A stretch of DNA of 64,000 nucleotides from Candidatus Bathyanammoxibius amoris. Its GTDB lineage: Bacteria; Planctomycetota; Brocadiia; Brocadiales; Bathyanammoxibiaceae. How positions within the stretch are numbered: the first letter of the stretch is position 1; each line of letters starts with the position of its first letter. Below are positions 54,239-62,919 of this stretch, piece after piece. The stretch lies in the NCBI GenBank assembly GCA_024451685.1, contig JAMXCW010000005.1, positions 78,616 through 142,615 on the forward strand, in the 5' to 3' direction. The notes under the pieces were generated by a model. That model made no database searches. It saw only the letters and a list, made by a program, of their open reading frames with translations, and had not been told where the DNA came from. Position numbers and translations under genes: made by a program.

Positions 54239-55993
54239 CTATATAGTGTACTCACCATCAGTGTCTATTACTCGTGTTAGTTCTTCTAGGCTGGTAACGC
54301 CCGCTTTTACTTTTTCTAGTCCACCCTGCCACAGGGGCTTCATCCCATTACCAACCGCCTGTTTTGTGATGGCAAAGGAGTCCTTTTGGGCCATCACCTG
54401 GGCTCTTATAGCGTCGTCCACTACTAGGAGTTCTCCTATAGCCGTCCTTCCCCGATAGCCACTCTCCATACATTCCTCGCATCCCACAGGCCGATACAAT
54501 TTGTGAGGGCTATCCAACATATCTCTTTTGACAGGGGCCGCTTTCGGGTTATTGGAGAGCCGCTCGGACTGGTTTGCCAGGGGTATTTTACTGCTATATT
54601 CCTCTTTACAGCTGTGGCAGAGGGTCCGCGCCAGTCTTTGTGCCAGCACACCAACAATGCATGAAGATAGAAGGTAACTCTCTATCCCCATATCCTGTAG
54701 CCTGTTGAAGGCTGCAGCAGAACTCTTGGTATGAAGTGTAGAAAAGACGAGGTGGCCGGTTAGGGCGGCCTGGATGGCTATCTCTGCGGTCTCTCGGTCT
54801 CTTATCTCTCCTACCAAGATGACATCCGGGTCATGGCGGAGTATATTCCGCAGGGCGGAGGCAAAGGTGAGATTTATTTGCGGGTTTACTTGCATCTGAC
54901 TTGTCCCGTCCAGACTGTACTCCACAGGGTCTTCTACTGTTACTATTTTTACGTCAGGTAATTTGATCTCATTGAGTATAGAGTAGAGGGTGGTAGTCTT
55001 GCCACTTCCTGTGGGACCTGTAACCAGTATCATTCCCTCAGCCTTCCTTGACAGTGCCCGAAAGCCTTTTAATATCTCCTCACGGAAACCCAGCTTGTCC
55101 AGCTCCAGGCAAATTGACGAACGATCCAGTATCCTCAGCACCACCCCTTCCCCGTAGATGGTGGGGATCAAAGATACCCTTATATCCACCTCTTTTCCCG
55201 CCAGGGGCAACTTTATTCTACCGTCCTGTGGCAGCCTCTTTTCTGCTATGTTCAGCTTGGCCATTATCTTTATCCTGGATATAATGGCCGGGTATAGCCT
55301 TTTTTGAGGGGGAGGGAAGTCTCTGAGCATCCCATCCACCCTGTAGCGAAGTCTGGTGTTTTTCTCAAGCATTTCCAGGTGTATATCACTGGCGCCTGTT
55401 TCGACAGCCCTGGTTATAATGTTGTGGACGAAGCGGACGACGGGCGCCTCTGAGGCCATATCCTTTAGCTTCTCTATATCTTCAGCAACCCCTATCCCTA
55501 CATCTATACCCCCTATCACACTGTCGGGTTCCTTTTCTCTCTCCGTCTCATAGACTTCATCAAGGCCCTGTCGGATGTCCCTCTCACTACCCACGTAGAT
55601 GTTAAACTTCTTCACATTCAACTTTGCCCTGGCCGTATGGTAAAGGGTTTCAACCAGGGTAATGTCCTCCGGGTGTGCAACTGCGATATCCAGCTCTCCG
55701 TCTGACAACCTTAGGGGAAGTATCTCGTTACCACGGAGAAAGTTGTATGGTAATTCCTCCAGGAGAGGGTAGTTCTCCTTCCTCTTTTTCTTCCATACAG
55801 GGAAATTGAACCGGATACTTTGTGCATATCTGAGGTCTTCCTCAGAAACCATGCCCAACTGCAGGAGTATCTGCCAGTCTTTCTGGCCCGTTTCCTGCCG
55901 TACACCTCTCACCCTCTCAATATCCAGCTCAGAGATTTTCTCCTGCTGGTGTAGAATCTCCAGCAGACTCTTTCTTTCTTTAATCTCTTCCAA
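54239..55993 (-). CDS. gspE: type II secretion system ATPase GspE
   Basis: N-terminal T2SSE_N-like domain, Walker A GPTGSGKTTT, Asp box, Walker B ILVGEIRD, His box and a tetracysteine CHSC...CEEC. TTG start 4 nt after the gspG stop. Confidence 0.9.
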   Translation of the reverse strand: MEEIKERKSLLEILHQQEKISELDIERVRGVRQETGQKDWQILLQLGMVSEEDLRYAQSIRFNFPVWKKKRKENYPLLEELPYNFLRGNEILPLRLSDGELDIAVAHPEDITLVETLYHTARAKLNVKKFNIYVGSERDIRQGLDEVYETEREKEPDSVIGGIDVGIGVAEDIEKLKDMASEAPVVRFVHNIITRAVETGASDIHLEMLEKNTRLRYRVDGMLRDFPPPQKRLYPAIISRIKIMAKLNIAEKRLPQDGRIKLPLAGKEVDIRVSLIPTIYGEGVVLRILDRSSICLELDKLGFREEILKGFRALSRKAEGMILVTGPTGSGKTTTLYSILNEIKLPDVKIVTVEDPVEYSLDGTSQMQVNPQINLTFASALRNILRHDPDVILVGEIRDRETAEIAIQAALTGHLVFSTLHTKSSAAAFNRLQDMGIESYLLSSCIVGVLAQRLARTLCHSCKEEYSSKIPLANQSERLSNNPKAAPVKRDMLDSPHKLYRPVGCEECMESGYRGRTAIGELLVVDDAIRAQVMAQKDSFAITKQAVGNGMKPLWQGGLEKVKAGVTSLEELTRVIDTDGEYTI

Positions 55994-55999
55994 AGTACT

Positions 56000-56515
56000 T
56001 TACTCCCAGCTTACTATGTCCGCAGCTTCTCCTTCGCCGCCTTCATTTCTGTTAGACCCATAAGAAACTATCTCATAGTCGCCATACTCACCAGGATAGC
56101 TGTAAATATAGGATTCCCCCCACGGGTCGTTGGGTATGACCCTTTTTCTCAGATAAGGCCCATGCCAGTTAAGTACGTTATCGGGTCTTTCTACCAGGAC
56201 CTGGAGCCCCTGTGCCTCTGACGGATATTCTCCCGTATCTAACCTGTACGTCTCAAGAGCCGTTCCAAAAGACTCTATCTGGGCACGGGCGATAACGGTC
56301 TTGGATTTGCCTATTCTCCCTATCAACCTTGGCGCTACTATGGAGGCAATTAAGCCTATGATGGCTACCACAATCAATATTTCCAAAAGTGTGAAGCCGG
56401 CTCTCCGGCCAGTAATCAGTTTTGAGGGCATATGAACCCTGGTGAGTTCACCCGCAAGCAACTCCATGCTGTGGCCTGTCGCCTGCGTCGAATCTTCGCG
56501 CATTACGGTCTTCAT
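56000..56515 (-). CDS. gspG: type II secretion major pseudopilin GspG
   Basis: Prepilin motif RRAGFTLLEILIVVAIIGLIA and the GspG blocks ...DPWG..Y.Y. The leader is unusually long from 56515, so the ATG at 56431 (MPSKLITGRRAG|F) is the more likely start. Confidence 0.9.
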   Translation of the reverse strand: MKTVMREDSTQATGHSMELLAGELTRVHMPSKLITGRRAGFTLLEILIVVAIIGLIASIVAPRLIGRIGKSKTVIARAQIESFGTALETYRLDTGEYPSEAQGLQVLVERPDNVLNWHGPYLRKRVIPNDPWGESYIYSYPGEYGDYEIVSYGSNRNEGGEGEAADIVSWE

Positions 56516-56525
56516 AGATATCTCC

Positions 56526-56972
56526 CTAATGGTATCTGCACGTTGGCATGCTGCTTAACGGGTCAATACTTATTACCGCCCTGCGTTTGTGCTTATCATT
56601 AATGTAAAGCCTTTGACTTGTGTTCCTGCCGCTAGGAGAGAACACGGCCAATGTGGAGTCCTTACTATCTAAGGGCAGGCTTAACCGCAACCCTTTAGGG
56701 GCAGGAAACTCTCTGCCATCCGACCTCGTCAGTCTATTCCCTTCCAACTTCAAACGTAGTGTATCTCCTTTTACCACGGCATCCAGATGAGACCGCCTAA
56801 GAAAACTAATGGTTAACACTACTCCCCTCCTGAACTCCATGGCACCCATAGTGGACACCATCCTGGGCACACCCAAACCCAGAAGGGCAAGGGCTATGCT
56901 TAATACTACTAGCAGTTCCAGCAGCGTAAACCCACAGACCTGTTTATATCTGATGCGAAGCATAAACTCCAC
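56526..56972 (-). CDS. gspH: minor pseudopilin, GspH-like
   Basis: Prepilin-type N-terminus CGFTLLELLVVLSIAL. 148 aa, located next to gspG. Confidence 0.6.
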   Translation of the reverse strand: MEFMLRIRYKQVCGFTLLELLVVLSIALALLGLGVPRMVSTMGAMEFRRGVVLTISFLRRSHLDAVVKGDTLRLKLEGNRLTRSDGREFPAPKGLRLSLPLDSKDSTLAVFSPSGRNTSQRLYINDKHKRRAVISIDPLSSMPTCRYH

Positions 56973-57226
56973 CCGGTATGCAACCCGTTCTAACCAAAGC
57001 GTAAAGCAAAAGAGCTCTTCTTCTTAATTCCCTTATTTCTACCTCTTGAAAACGTCCACAGTATCGCTACCGGTAATGGACTTACCTGAAATCGTTTTGG
57101 CCTTCAGCACGCCTTTCACATCACCCGGCTTGAGTCCAGCCTTATTTGTCATAAATGAAAGAAGCTTACCACACTCTGTAGCTAAAAAGCAAACTTCATG
57201 GTGTATGGTAATCAATAACCACAAGA

Positions 57227-58426
57227 TTAAATACTCTCCGTGAGGCTGAAGATAGAGCTGAGTAACGATACTACTATAACGCCAATGACCAGCCCCATGA
57301 ACAATATAAGCAGCGGTTCCAGGAGGGTGACAATCCTTTTGACCTTTTCCTCCAGTTCTCGGTCTTGATTATCTGCCACCTTCAGGAGCATCTTATCCAT
57401 ACAGCCTGTTTCCTCTCCTACCGCTAATATGTGTATGTTTAGCCCCGGGAGAAACCCCCTCTTGGCAAGTGAGGCAGTAAGACTCATACCCTGTCTTACT
57501 TCAGTCCTTGTCCTATTTATGCAATCTGAGAGGTAGGTATTGGTAAGGGTGCTCTGAACTATCTCCAGGGATGGTACCAGTGGGAGTCCGTTTTCCAGTA
57601 GTGTCCCCAGGGTGCGGGCAAACCTTGAGGTCTCCATCTCCCAATATACATTGCCTATGTAGGGCGTCTTTAGTTTGACACGGTCTACCTTTCCTCTTAT
57701 TAACCTGTTCCTTTTAAGTGCCAGTATATAAAGTATATAAAGTAGCAGTAAGCCCAGCAGGACGGCCCAACCATAGCCGGATATGATTCCGCTTATGCCT
57801 CCGAGTATGTAAATAGGCAAAGGGGTAGGCATATCCATGCTGTCAAAGATCTCTGTAAAGGTAGGGACTACAAACGTCACAATAATTATTATGGCTAGTA
57901 GGCCGGTAAAGAGGAGTATCAAGGGGTATATCAGGGCGGAAATTACTGCACTCCTCATCCTTTCAATTCTTTCTTCATACTGTGTGAGCCTTTTCAGTAC
58001 ACCCGGCAGTACGCCTCCTTCTTCGCCGGCCCTGATCATACTGATGTGTACAGTGGAAAATATCCCGGGGTAATCAGAGAGCGCATTGGCCAGAGAACGA
58101 CCGGCCTTCAGTGAACTGAGAACGTCCTCCAGTATAGCCTTAGTAGCTTTGTTCTTCTGGGTGTTGGCCAAAATCCTGAGACTCTTATCTATCGGGACAC
58201 CTCCCTCTAATAAGGTGGCCAACTCCCTCGTAAACAGATAAACAACCTTCTTGGGTGCACGTCTGGGGATGTTCTTACGTTTCCTGCCGGTCTCCTTGAC
58301 TTTCAGGACAACGTAACCCTGCTTCTTTAATTCTTCTACTAGCTGGGCCTTATTTAGGGCATCCCTCTGTCCCTCTGTCACCCTGTTGGCGGTACTTATG
58401 ACCTGATATGAGAAGGTTTTCATCAT
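57227..58426 (-). CDS. gspF: type II secretion inner-membrane platform protein GspF
   Basis: Two GspF repeats, each with a hydrophobic segment (ELATLLEGGVPI...; ARTLGTLLENGLPL...). 399 aa. Confidence 0.9.
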   Translation of the reverse strand: MMKTFSYQVISTANRVTEGQRDALNKAQLVEELKKQGYVVLKVKETGRKRKNIPRRAPKKVVYLFTRELATLLEGGVPIDKSLRILANTQKNKATKAILEDVLSSLKAGRSLANALSDYPGIFSTVHISMIRAGEEGGVLPGVLKRLTQYEERIERMRSAVISALIYPLILLFTGLLAIIIIVTFVVPTFTEIFDSMDMPTPLPIYILGGISGIISGYGWAVLLGLLLLYILYILALKRNRLIRGKVDRVKLKTPYIGNVYWEMETSRFARTLGTLLENGLPLVPSLEIVQSTLTNTYLSDCINRTRTEVRQGMSLTASLAKRGFLPGLNIHILAVGEETGCMDKMLLKVADNQDRELEEKVKRIVTLLEPLLILFMGLVIGVIVVSLLSSIFSLTESI

Positions 58427-58502
58427 AAAACCATATCAACGGCAACCTTCTCCTCTGACGCGTGAGGAGTCGGAAGCTCCCGAACTTGTTTTATCGGTCC
58501 TC

Positions 58503-59099
58503 TTACTTCCAAGACTGCTCTTCCACTGATAGACCAGACGTAGCCTCATAGAGTTCAATGGTGAACGTCCTTCCATCCGATGACATGTAAACCCTATCAG
58601 GTTCAATGCTAAATAGTTTGTATCCGCCTACCTGTTCTCCCTCCCTGAAAAGGCGCGTACCCTTCTTATCTTTTATTAACGCCATTTTAGCGCCACCAAC
58701 GATAGCTACACCAATGAGCGTTAGCCCTGACTTTTTAGCCAGACCCCCGTCCAGCTCTCCTTCTGCGTACTGCCGGTTCTTCTGGAGTGGCCCTTCCCAT
58801 TCCTTTCTGTCGGGAGAAAATATATTTCCGGAGGTGATGCGTGTGTAGTACGTAACGTCTTTCCTTGAAGGCGTCTCTATGACTTCCACCTGGCTTCCCG
58901 GTCCTTCTATATCCGCGGCTTCAATCTCTGTCGGCAGCTCTACCCGGGCTAAAAAAAACACAACATCAAAAACCACCAGCGCCAGGACGGCTACTGAAAG
59001 ACCTATGTTTACAAAGGCGGCCGAGCCCTTCCAACCTCTAATCTCTCGCGTGAGGACAGGTCTCGTCTGGTGAAGTATTTTGTTCTTTCCCGGTTCCAT
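58503..59099 (-). CDS. GspC/PilP-like T2SS component (tentative)
   Basis: A single N-terminal TM, an NIFSP motif and a C-terminal beta-rich HR-like domain (L.GV...G...ALI.D...G...L...G....G.KL..I). The call rests on position and architecture. Confidence 0.5.
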   Translation of the reverse strand: MEPGKNKILHQTRPVLTREIRGWKGSAAFVNIGLSVAVLALVVFDVVFFLARVELPTEIEAADIEGPGSQVEVIETPSRKDVTYYTRITSGNIFSPDRKEWEGPLQKNRQYAEGELDGGLAKKSGLTLIGVAIVGGAKMALIKDKKGTRLFREGEQVGGYKLFSIEPDRVYMSSDGRTFTIELYEATSGLSVEEQSWK

Positions 59100-59101
59100 T
59101 T

Positions 59102-59680
59102 TTACCTACTTATGAGGGCAAAGGTATCCAGGGTGGCAGCAAGACTGACACCCTCAGCCCCGGCCAATTCCTTTATTTTCATGTCCTTTATGTAACAAGT
59201 AAAGTTATCGTTATTCTCAAGCAGGTAAATAAACTCCTGCAATTCTTCTGCCCTCGGGATATACTCCACTTTCAGGTCAATCTCCAGTTCCAGTAGAAGT
59301 GGGTCTTTAAGCAGCACTTCTTTGTGTACAAGGTCACTCTTTGAGATTACAAGATTGCTCTGGGCCGAGATTGTTTTAAGAAGTCTAGGTATCTCAGTCA
59401 AGACACGCCCCTCATGCGTAGCCACTATGAGATGGATGTTTCCCAAATGCCCAAGACCAGATGCCTCTTCCTTTACGATTTCTTTCCTGCTGAGAACACC
59501 CTGCAATTTTCGCAACAGGATGGTTTTATCTTCAAGCGCAACGTACTTTTCTTGGTTGCCTAAGGTAGCCACATCATATAAGTAATAAGACATGACGACC
59601 AGCGCGATGATGCACACTACCGATACCAAAACCTTTTCTCTCTTGGTTCGGGTGATATAATACGCTCTAGGATCTTTCAT
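59102..59680 (-). CDS. GspM/PilO-like bitopic T2SS component (tentative)
   Basis: A short cytoplasmic N-terminus, one TM and a periplasmic domain of about 150 aa. It overlaps the upstream gene by 14 nt. The call rests on position and architecture only. Confidence 0.45.
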   Translation of the reverse strand: MKDPRAYYITRTKREKVLVSVVCIIALVVMSYYLYDVATLGNQEKYVALEDKTILLRKLQGVLSRKEIVKEEASGLGHLGNIHLIVATHEGRVLTEIPRLLKTISAQSNLVISKSDLVHKEVLLKDPLLLELEIDLKVEYIPRAEELQEFIYLLENNDNFTCYIKDMKIKELAGAEGVSLAATLDTFALISR

Positions 59681-61022
59681 AGGTTTTCTCCCGTAAGAGA
59701 TTGCCCTTCAAACGAAAGTGCTCCATGCCGTCCTTGTCCTTTACTACAGGGGGAATTAACTCCACGTTTGAGAAAATAGGCGCGTCTTCCAGCAAGAGCA
59801 TCGTCTCCGACAGAGAGGCGGCAAACCCCTCTATCTCAAAAATGTTCTTCTTTACGGAGAGTTCTTTTATCCACGTGTTCTCAGGAAGGATGGTGGCTAA
59901 CTCCAACAAAATATCAGCCCTGGAGACATAGCCCTTTTGGGAATTTGAGACGGCATCCAATGCTTTCCTGGACATTGCAATCCTGTTTAACTTCTCCAAA
60001 GCGAAGGCATGTCCCTTCAGCCCCGCTATCTCCGCATCAACCATAACCAATCTTCTTTGGTCCCTTATCTGGGAAATCTGGGGTATGGTAACCAAAAGAG
60101 AAAGGATGAGTAGTGCCAAAGATGCCAGATAGAGATTCTGATAATTTACCTTCCTTTTTGACGGCCTCAGGAATTGGAAATCGTAACTGTGGCTATGTGC
60201 CTCATAAATGGCTGCACCTGAGCTTTCCCAAGAGGGATCCAGGTACGCAACGGACACCTGCTTTGGAATGACATCTATGACTTGCCGTGGAAGTTTATCA
60301 TCCTCAAAGCCTATCGCGAAGACAGCACTGGGAGGTTCCTCACGCAGGTTTTGCTTCAGTTTCTCTTCGTTACAAACGTGCGTCTCGACAAGTACGCCCA
60401 AATTATAAGAATTATAAACATATTCCCCATCCCCAATCCGGTGTAAGCATGCAACACCTTCACTCTTCCTGTTCAGCATGGGGAGAAATGCCAGGGGTGA
60501 AGGAATGACGCGCGAAGGCCTTAGCCCCAATATTTCAAGTCTACCAATAACGTCATCCAGCTCTTTTCTGTTTATTGCGAAGAGGTAGACCTTTCTTCCC
60601 CTGACGGATTTCCTTGACCTGTCAAGTGAGTTACACGGATACAGGTCAAAGTAGGCCTCCCCAGGTTTGAACGGGAAGAGGCTGTCCAGTTGCGAGCCAA
60701 GAGTTTTTCTCAGCTTTTTAAGGTCCTGAACTTCTACGTACAACTCCCTTACCGTAGTCTTCTCCCTAGGCCAGGACAAGATAACGGGTTTTTGTTTGCC
60801 TTTTATGAACTCAAGATTTGACCTCAGTTTTGAGGCGTTCCGGGAAAGGAAATCCTTTACAGTACCAGACTTGAATTTTGTGCCAAAGCGTTTGGTCGCC
60901 TCACAGACAAAGAGGTCGTTACCCCATAGAGCCAACCCAATGAAGGAGGGAAAGAAGGTGTTTATACGTCCGCCCGAAGGAGACTTCTTTTTATTCTGGG
61001 TATACTGCAACGATTTCTCCAC
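59667..61022 (-). CDS. GspL/PilM-PilN-like T2SS assembly protein (tentative)
   Basis: A cytoplasmic domain of about 290 aa, one TM (LYLASLALLILSLLVTI) and a periplasmic coiled/ferredoxin-like tail. GTG start. Confidence 0.5.
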   Translation of the reverse strand: MEKSLQYTQNKKKSPSGGRINTFFPSFIGLALWGNDLFVCEATKRFGTKFKSGTVKDFLSRNASKLRSNLEFIKGKQKPVILSWPREKTTVRELYVEVQDLKKLRKTLGSQLDSLFPFKPGEAYFDLYPCNSLDRSRKSVRGRKVYLFAINRKELDDVIGRLEILGLRPSRVIPSPLAFLPMLNRKSEGVACLHRIGDGEYVYNSYNLGVLVETHVCNEEKLKQNLREEPPSAVFAIGFEDDKLPRQVIDVIPKQVSVAYLDPSWESSGAAIYEAHSHSYDFQFLRPSKRKVNYQNLYLASLALLILSLLVTIPQISQIRDQRRLVMVDAEIAGLKGHAFALEKLNRIAMSRKALDAVSNSQKGYVSRADILLELATILPENTWIKELSVKKNIFEIEGFAASLSETMLLLEDAPIFSNVELIPPVVKDKDGMEHFRLKGNLLREKTYERS

Positions 61023-62034
61023 GCTTTTTGTCCACTAATAACCTGTACTGACGCATAGTGGAACCCTGAGAACGAATACTTATGTAAGGGGAATTGGTGG
61101 TCGTCATGAGTGCACTGGCCTCTTCAAAGTCCATTCCTGCCACTCCAAAGCGGAAGAAAATGTCCTTCAACTCATCAATGTTTTTTATACCGCCTTTTTC
61201 CTTAACAAAAGCGACCAGCTTGCCTGCCTCCTTGGGTTTAATTCCCAGTACTGCGTGGACAACTCCACTCGAGGCACTATTTATATTAATCTTTAACTCT
61301 TTACCCGAAACAGTTAAATCTTCCTCTATCCTCTCGTAAACCCCCGGACTCACCCCCTTGACCAGGGTGAGTTCTTCCAAAGACTCCAGTGGACCATTTC
61401 TGTTGGTGTAAGGTTCCGGCAGCGATTCGTAGAACTTACTCTCTGCACCCTTCGGTTCAGGAAAATCGTCCTCATCCAACCAATCTAATAAAGAATCAGT
61501 TATAACTTCTGCTTCGCCCTTTGTAACCCCCCTGACTTCCAGCAGCCTCTTGAATATCTCCCTGTTATCCTCATCCAGAAAATTGATGTTTAACCTCCCT
61601 TGTTCATCCTCAATAAAGACATCGTATCTTCTGCCTCCGAGTTCCAGACTATAGGGTTCATGTCTGGGTCTCCAGTAGTCTTTTCTGCGCTCTTTTTCTG
61701 AAACACCCTCAGGCCCGGTTTCTTTTGGGCTCGGCACCGCATCATGTGTACCATCCATCTTCCCAGGAAGTTTTTGTAAGGCAATAAAGCATGCGCCACG
61801 AAGGTTATAACTTTCCTTCACGTTTTCCAAATACGCCCTTTCCAGCTCGGTGTTAATCCTTAGATTCTTTGTAAGACTCAACAAGACGAGCGTTAAAATC
61901 ACTATTGTCCAGAGGACAAAAAAGAGGACATAGCCACTATCGGCGCAATAAGGTCTTGTTTCTCTTTCTCTTGTACAAGGGTCAGTTTTAACGCTCTGGG
62001 AATGTGTCGTTCTTCCACCCATTCGCTCTCCCAC
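60991..62034 (-). CDS. gspK: type II secretion minor pseudopilin GspK
   Basis: Hydrophobic N-terminal helix GYVLFFVLWTIVILTLVLL and ININSAS...L..LGI....A..LV helix-hairpin-helix-like blocks of T2SS protein K. The only ATG before the TM is at 62022 (GTG at 62034). Both starts overlap gspJ by more than 120 nt. Confidence 0.7.
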   Translation of the reverse strand: MGERMGGRTTHSQSVKTDPCTRERETRPYCADSGYVLFFVLWTIVILTLVLLSLTKNLRINTELERAYLENVKESYNLRGACFIALQKLPGKMDGTHDAVPSPKETGPEGVSEKERRKDYWRPRHEPYSLELGGRRYDVFIEDEQGRLNINFLDEDNREIFKRLLEVRGVTKGEAEVITDSLLDWLDEDDFPEPKGAESKFYESLPEPYTNRNGPLESLEELTLVKGVSPGVYERIEEDLTVSGKELKININSASSGVVHAVLGIKPKEAGKLVAFVKEKGGIKNIDELKDIFFRFGVAGMDFEEASALMTTTNSPYISIRSQGSTMRQYRLLVDKKRGEIVAVYPE

Positions 62035-62543
62035 GGGTTCTTGCCCTCCGTTACAGCTCCAAGGTATTCAAATCCAATCTTATCATAACCCTTTAGTAAC
62101 ACTAATCCCTCAGAACCCTTCTCTTTTTGGGCCTTTCGTGCAGTCGTAAATCTCTTTTCTTTATATATCAGGCGATACTTACTCCCCTCTTCCTTCTTTA
62201 CGGTGTAGTGAGCTATAACGAAACCTTTTCCCCTGAGATTTAAACGCACAGGGGTGATAAAGCTCAGGTCCCTCTTTTTGCCCACAAACCCGGCGCTTCT
62301 CGAATAACCCGGGGGGATAGCGGACACCTGTTCTCTCCAGAATTCCAGTGCGGAGGTCTTTCTGAGGTCTCCCTGCAGCAGCTTCTCTCCCCTAGCCATG
62401 AGGCGCATGGAGGATTTGATGATGGCACCGGATGCCACGATGAGGAAAACACCTATGGTCAATGCCACTAGCAGTTCCAGGAGAGTGAAGCCCTTAATGC
62501 TATGGAACCGGGCTTGGGTATCATTTCTGTACATGGACGCCAA
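61902..62543 (-). CDS. gspJ: minor pseudopilin GspJ-like
   Basis: Prepilin N-terminus KGFTLLELLVALTIGVF and a C-terminal ...IPRALKLTL motif. 213 aa. Confidence 0.6.
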   Translation of the reverse strand: MASMYRNDTQARFHSIKGFTLLELLVALTIGVFLIVASGAIIKSSMRLMARGEKLLQGDLRKTSALEFWREQVSAIPPGYSRSAGFVGKKRDLSFITPVRLNLRGKGFVIAHYTVKKEEGSKYRLIYKEKRFTTARKAQKEKGSEGLVLLKGYDKIGFEYLGAVTEGKNPWESEWVEERHIPRALKLTLVQEKEKQDLIAPIVAMSSFLSSGQ

Positions 62544-62919
62544 GTAAATGAATCTTCGGTAAAGTCACATCGTAAACGAGGACCTTTTCGAACTCTTTAC
62601 TGGTCCGTTCCACCACCTTCCAGGGCAATCCCTCGCTCGTCTTACCACGCCATACCTTTTCATCGCCCACCCTCTCAAACCGGTCTCCCAATATACCCAG
62701 GAAGGCCTCTTCTGTCTTATTAATGGCCGCGAAAACCGTCTTGTTACGCTCCGTCAGCTTTCGGGTGAGACGAAGATTGTCGGCCACAAGGCCAAGAAGA
62801 ACAGCTACACATATCCCCATCAAGGCCACCCCTACCAAGACTTCCATCAGGGTAAAGCCTCTACGGGAGCAACACCTTTTCCACAAGGGATTTTGTCTTC
62901 CCACTGCGCAACTTTTCAA
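62521..62919 (-). CDS. gspI: minor pseudopilin GspI-like
   Basis: Prepilin N-terminus RRGFTLMEVLVGVALMG. The start is uncertain (TTG 62919, GTG 62904 or TTG 62886), and every option overlaps the gspD 3' end. Confidence 0.6.
   Translation of the reverse strand: MKSCAVGRQNPLWKRCCSRRGFTLMEVLVGVALMGICVAVLLGLVADNLRLTRKLTERNKTVFAAINKTEEAFLGILGDRFERVGDEKVWRGKTSEGLPWKVVERTSKEFEKVLVYDVTLPKIHLLGVHVQK

Noticed and set aside
57039-57224. 61-aa ORF between gspF and the gspH-like gene, considered as a real CDS
   Set aside because: It has no convincing ribosome-binding site and a hydrophobic, odd N-terminus. An overlapping ORF of equal length lies on the other strand. I kept only the note about the unusual gap.
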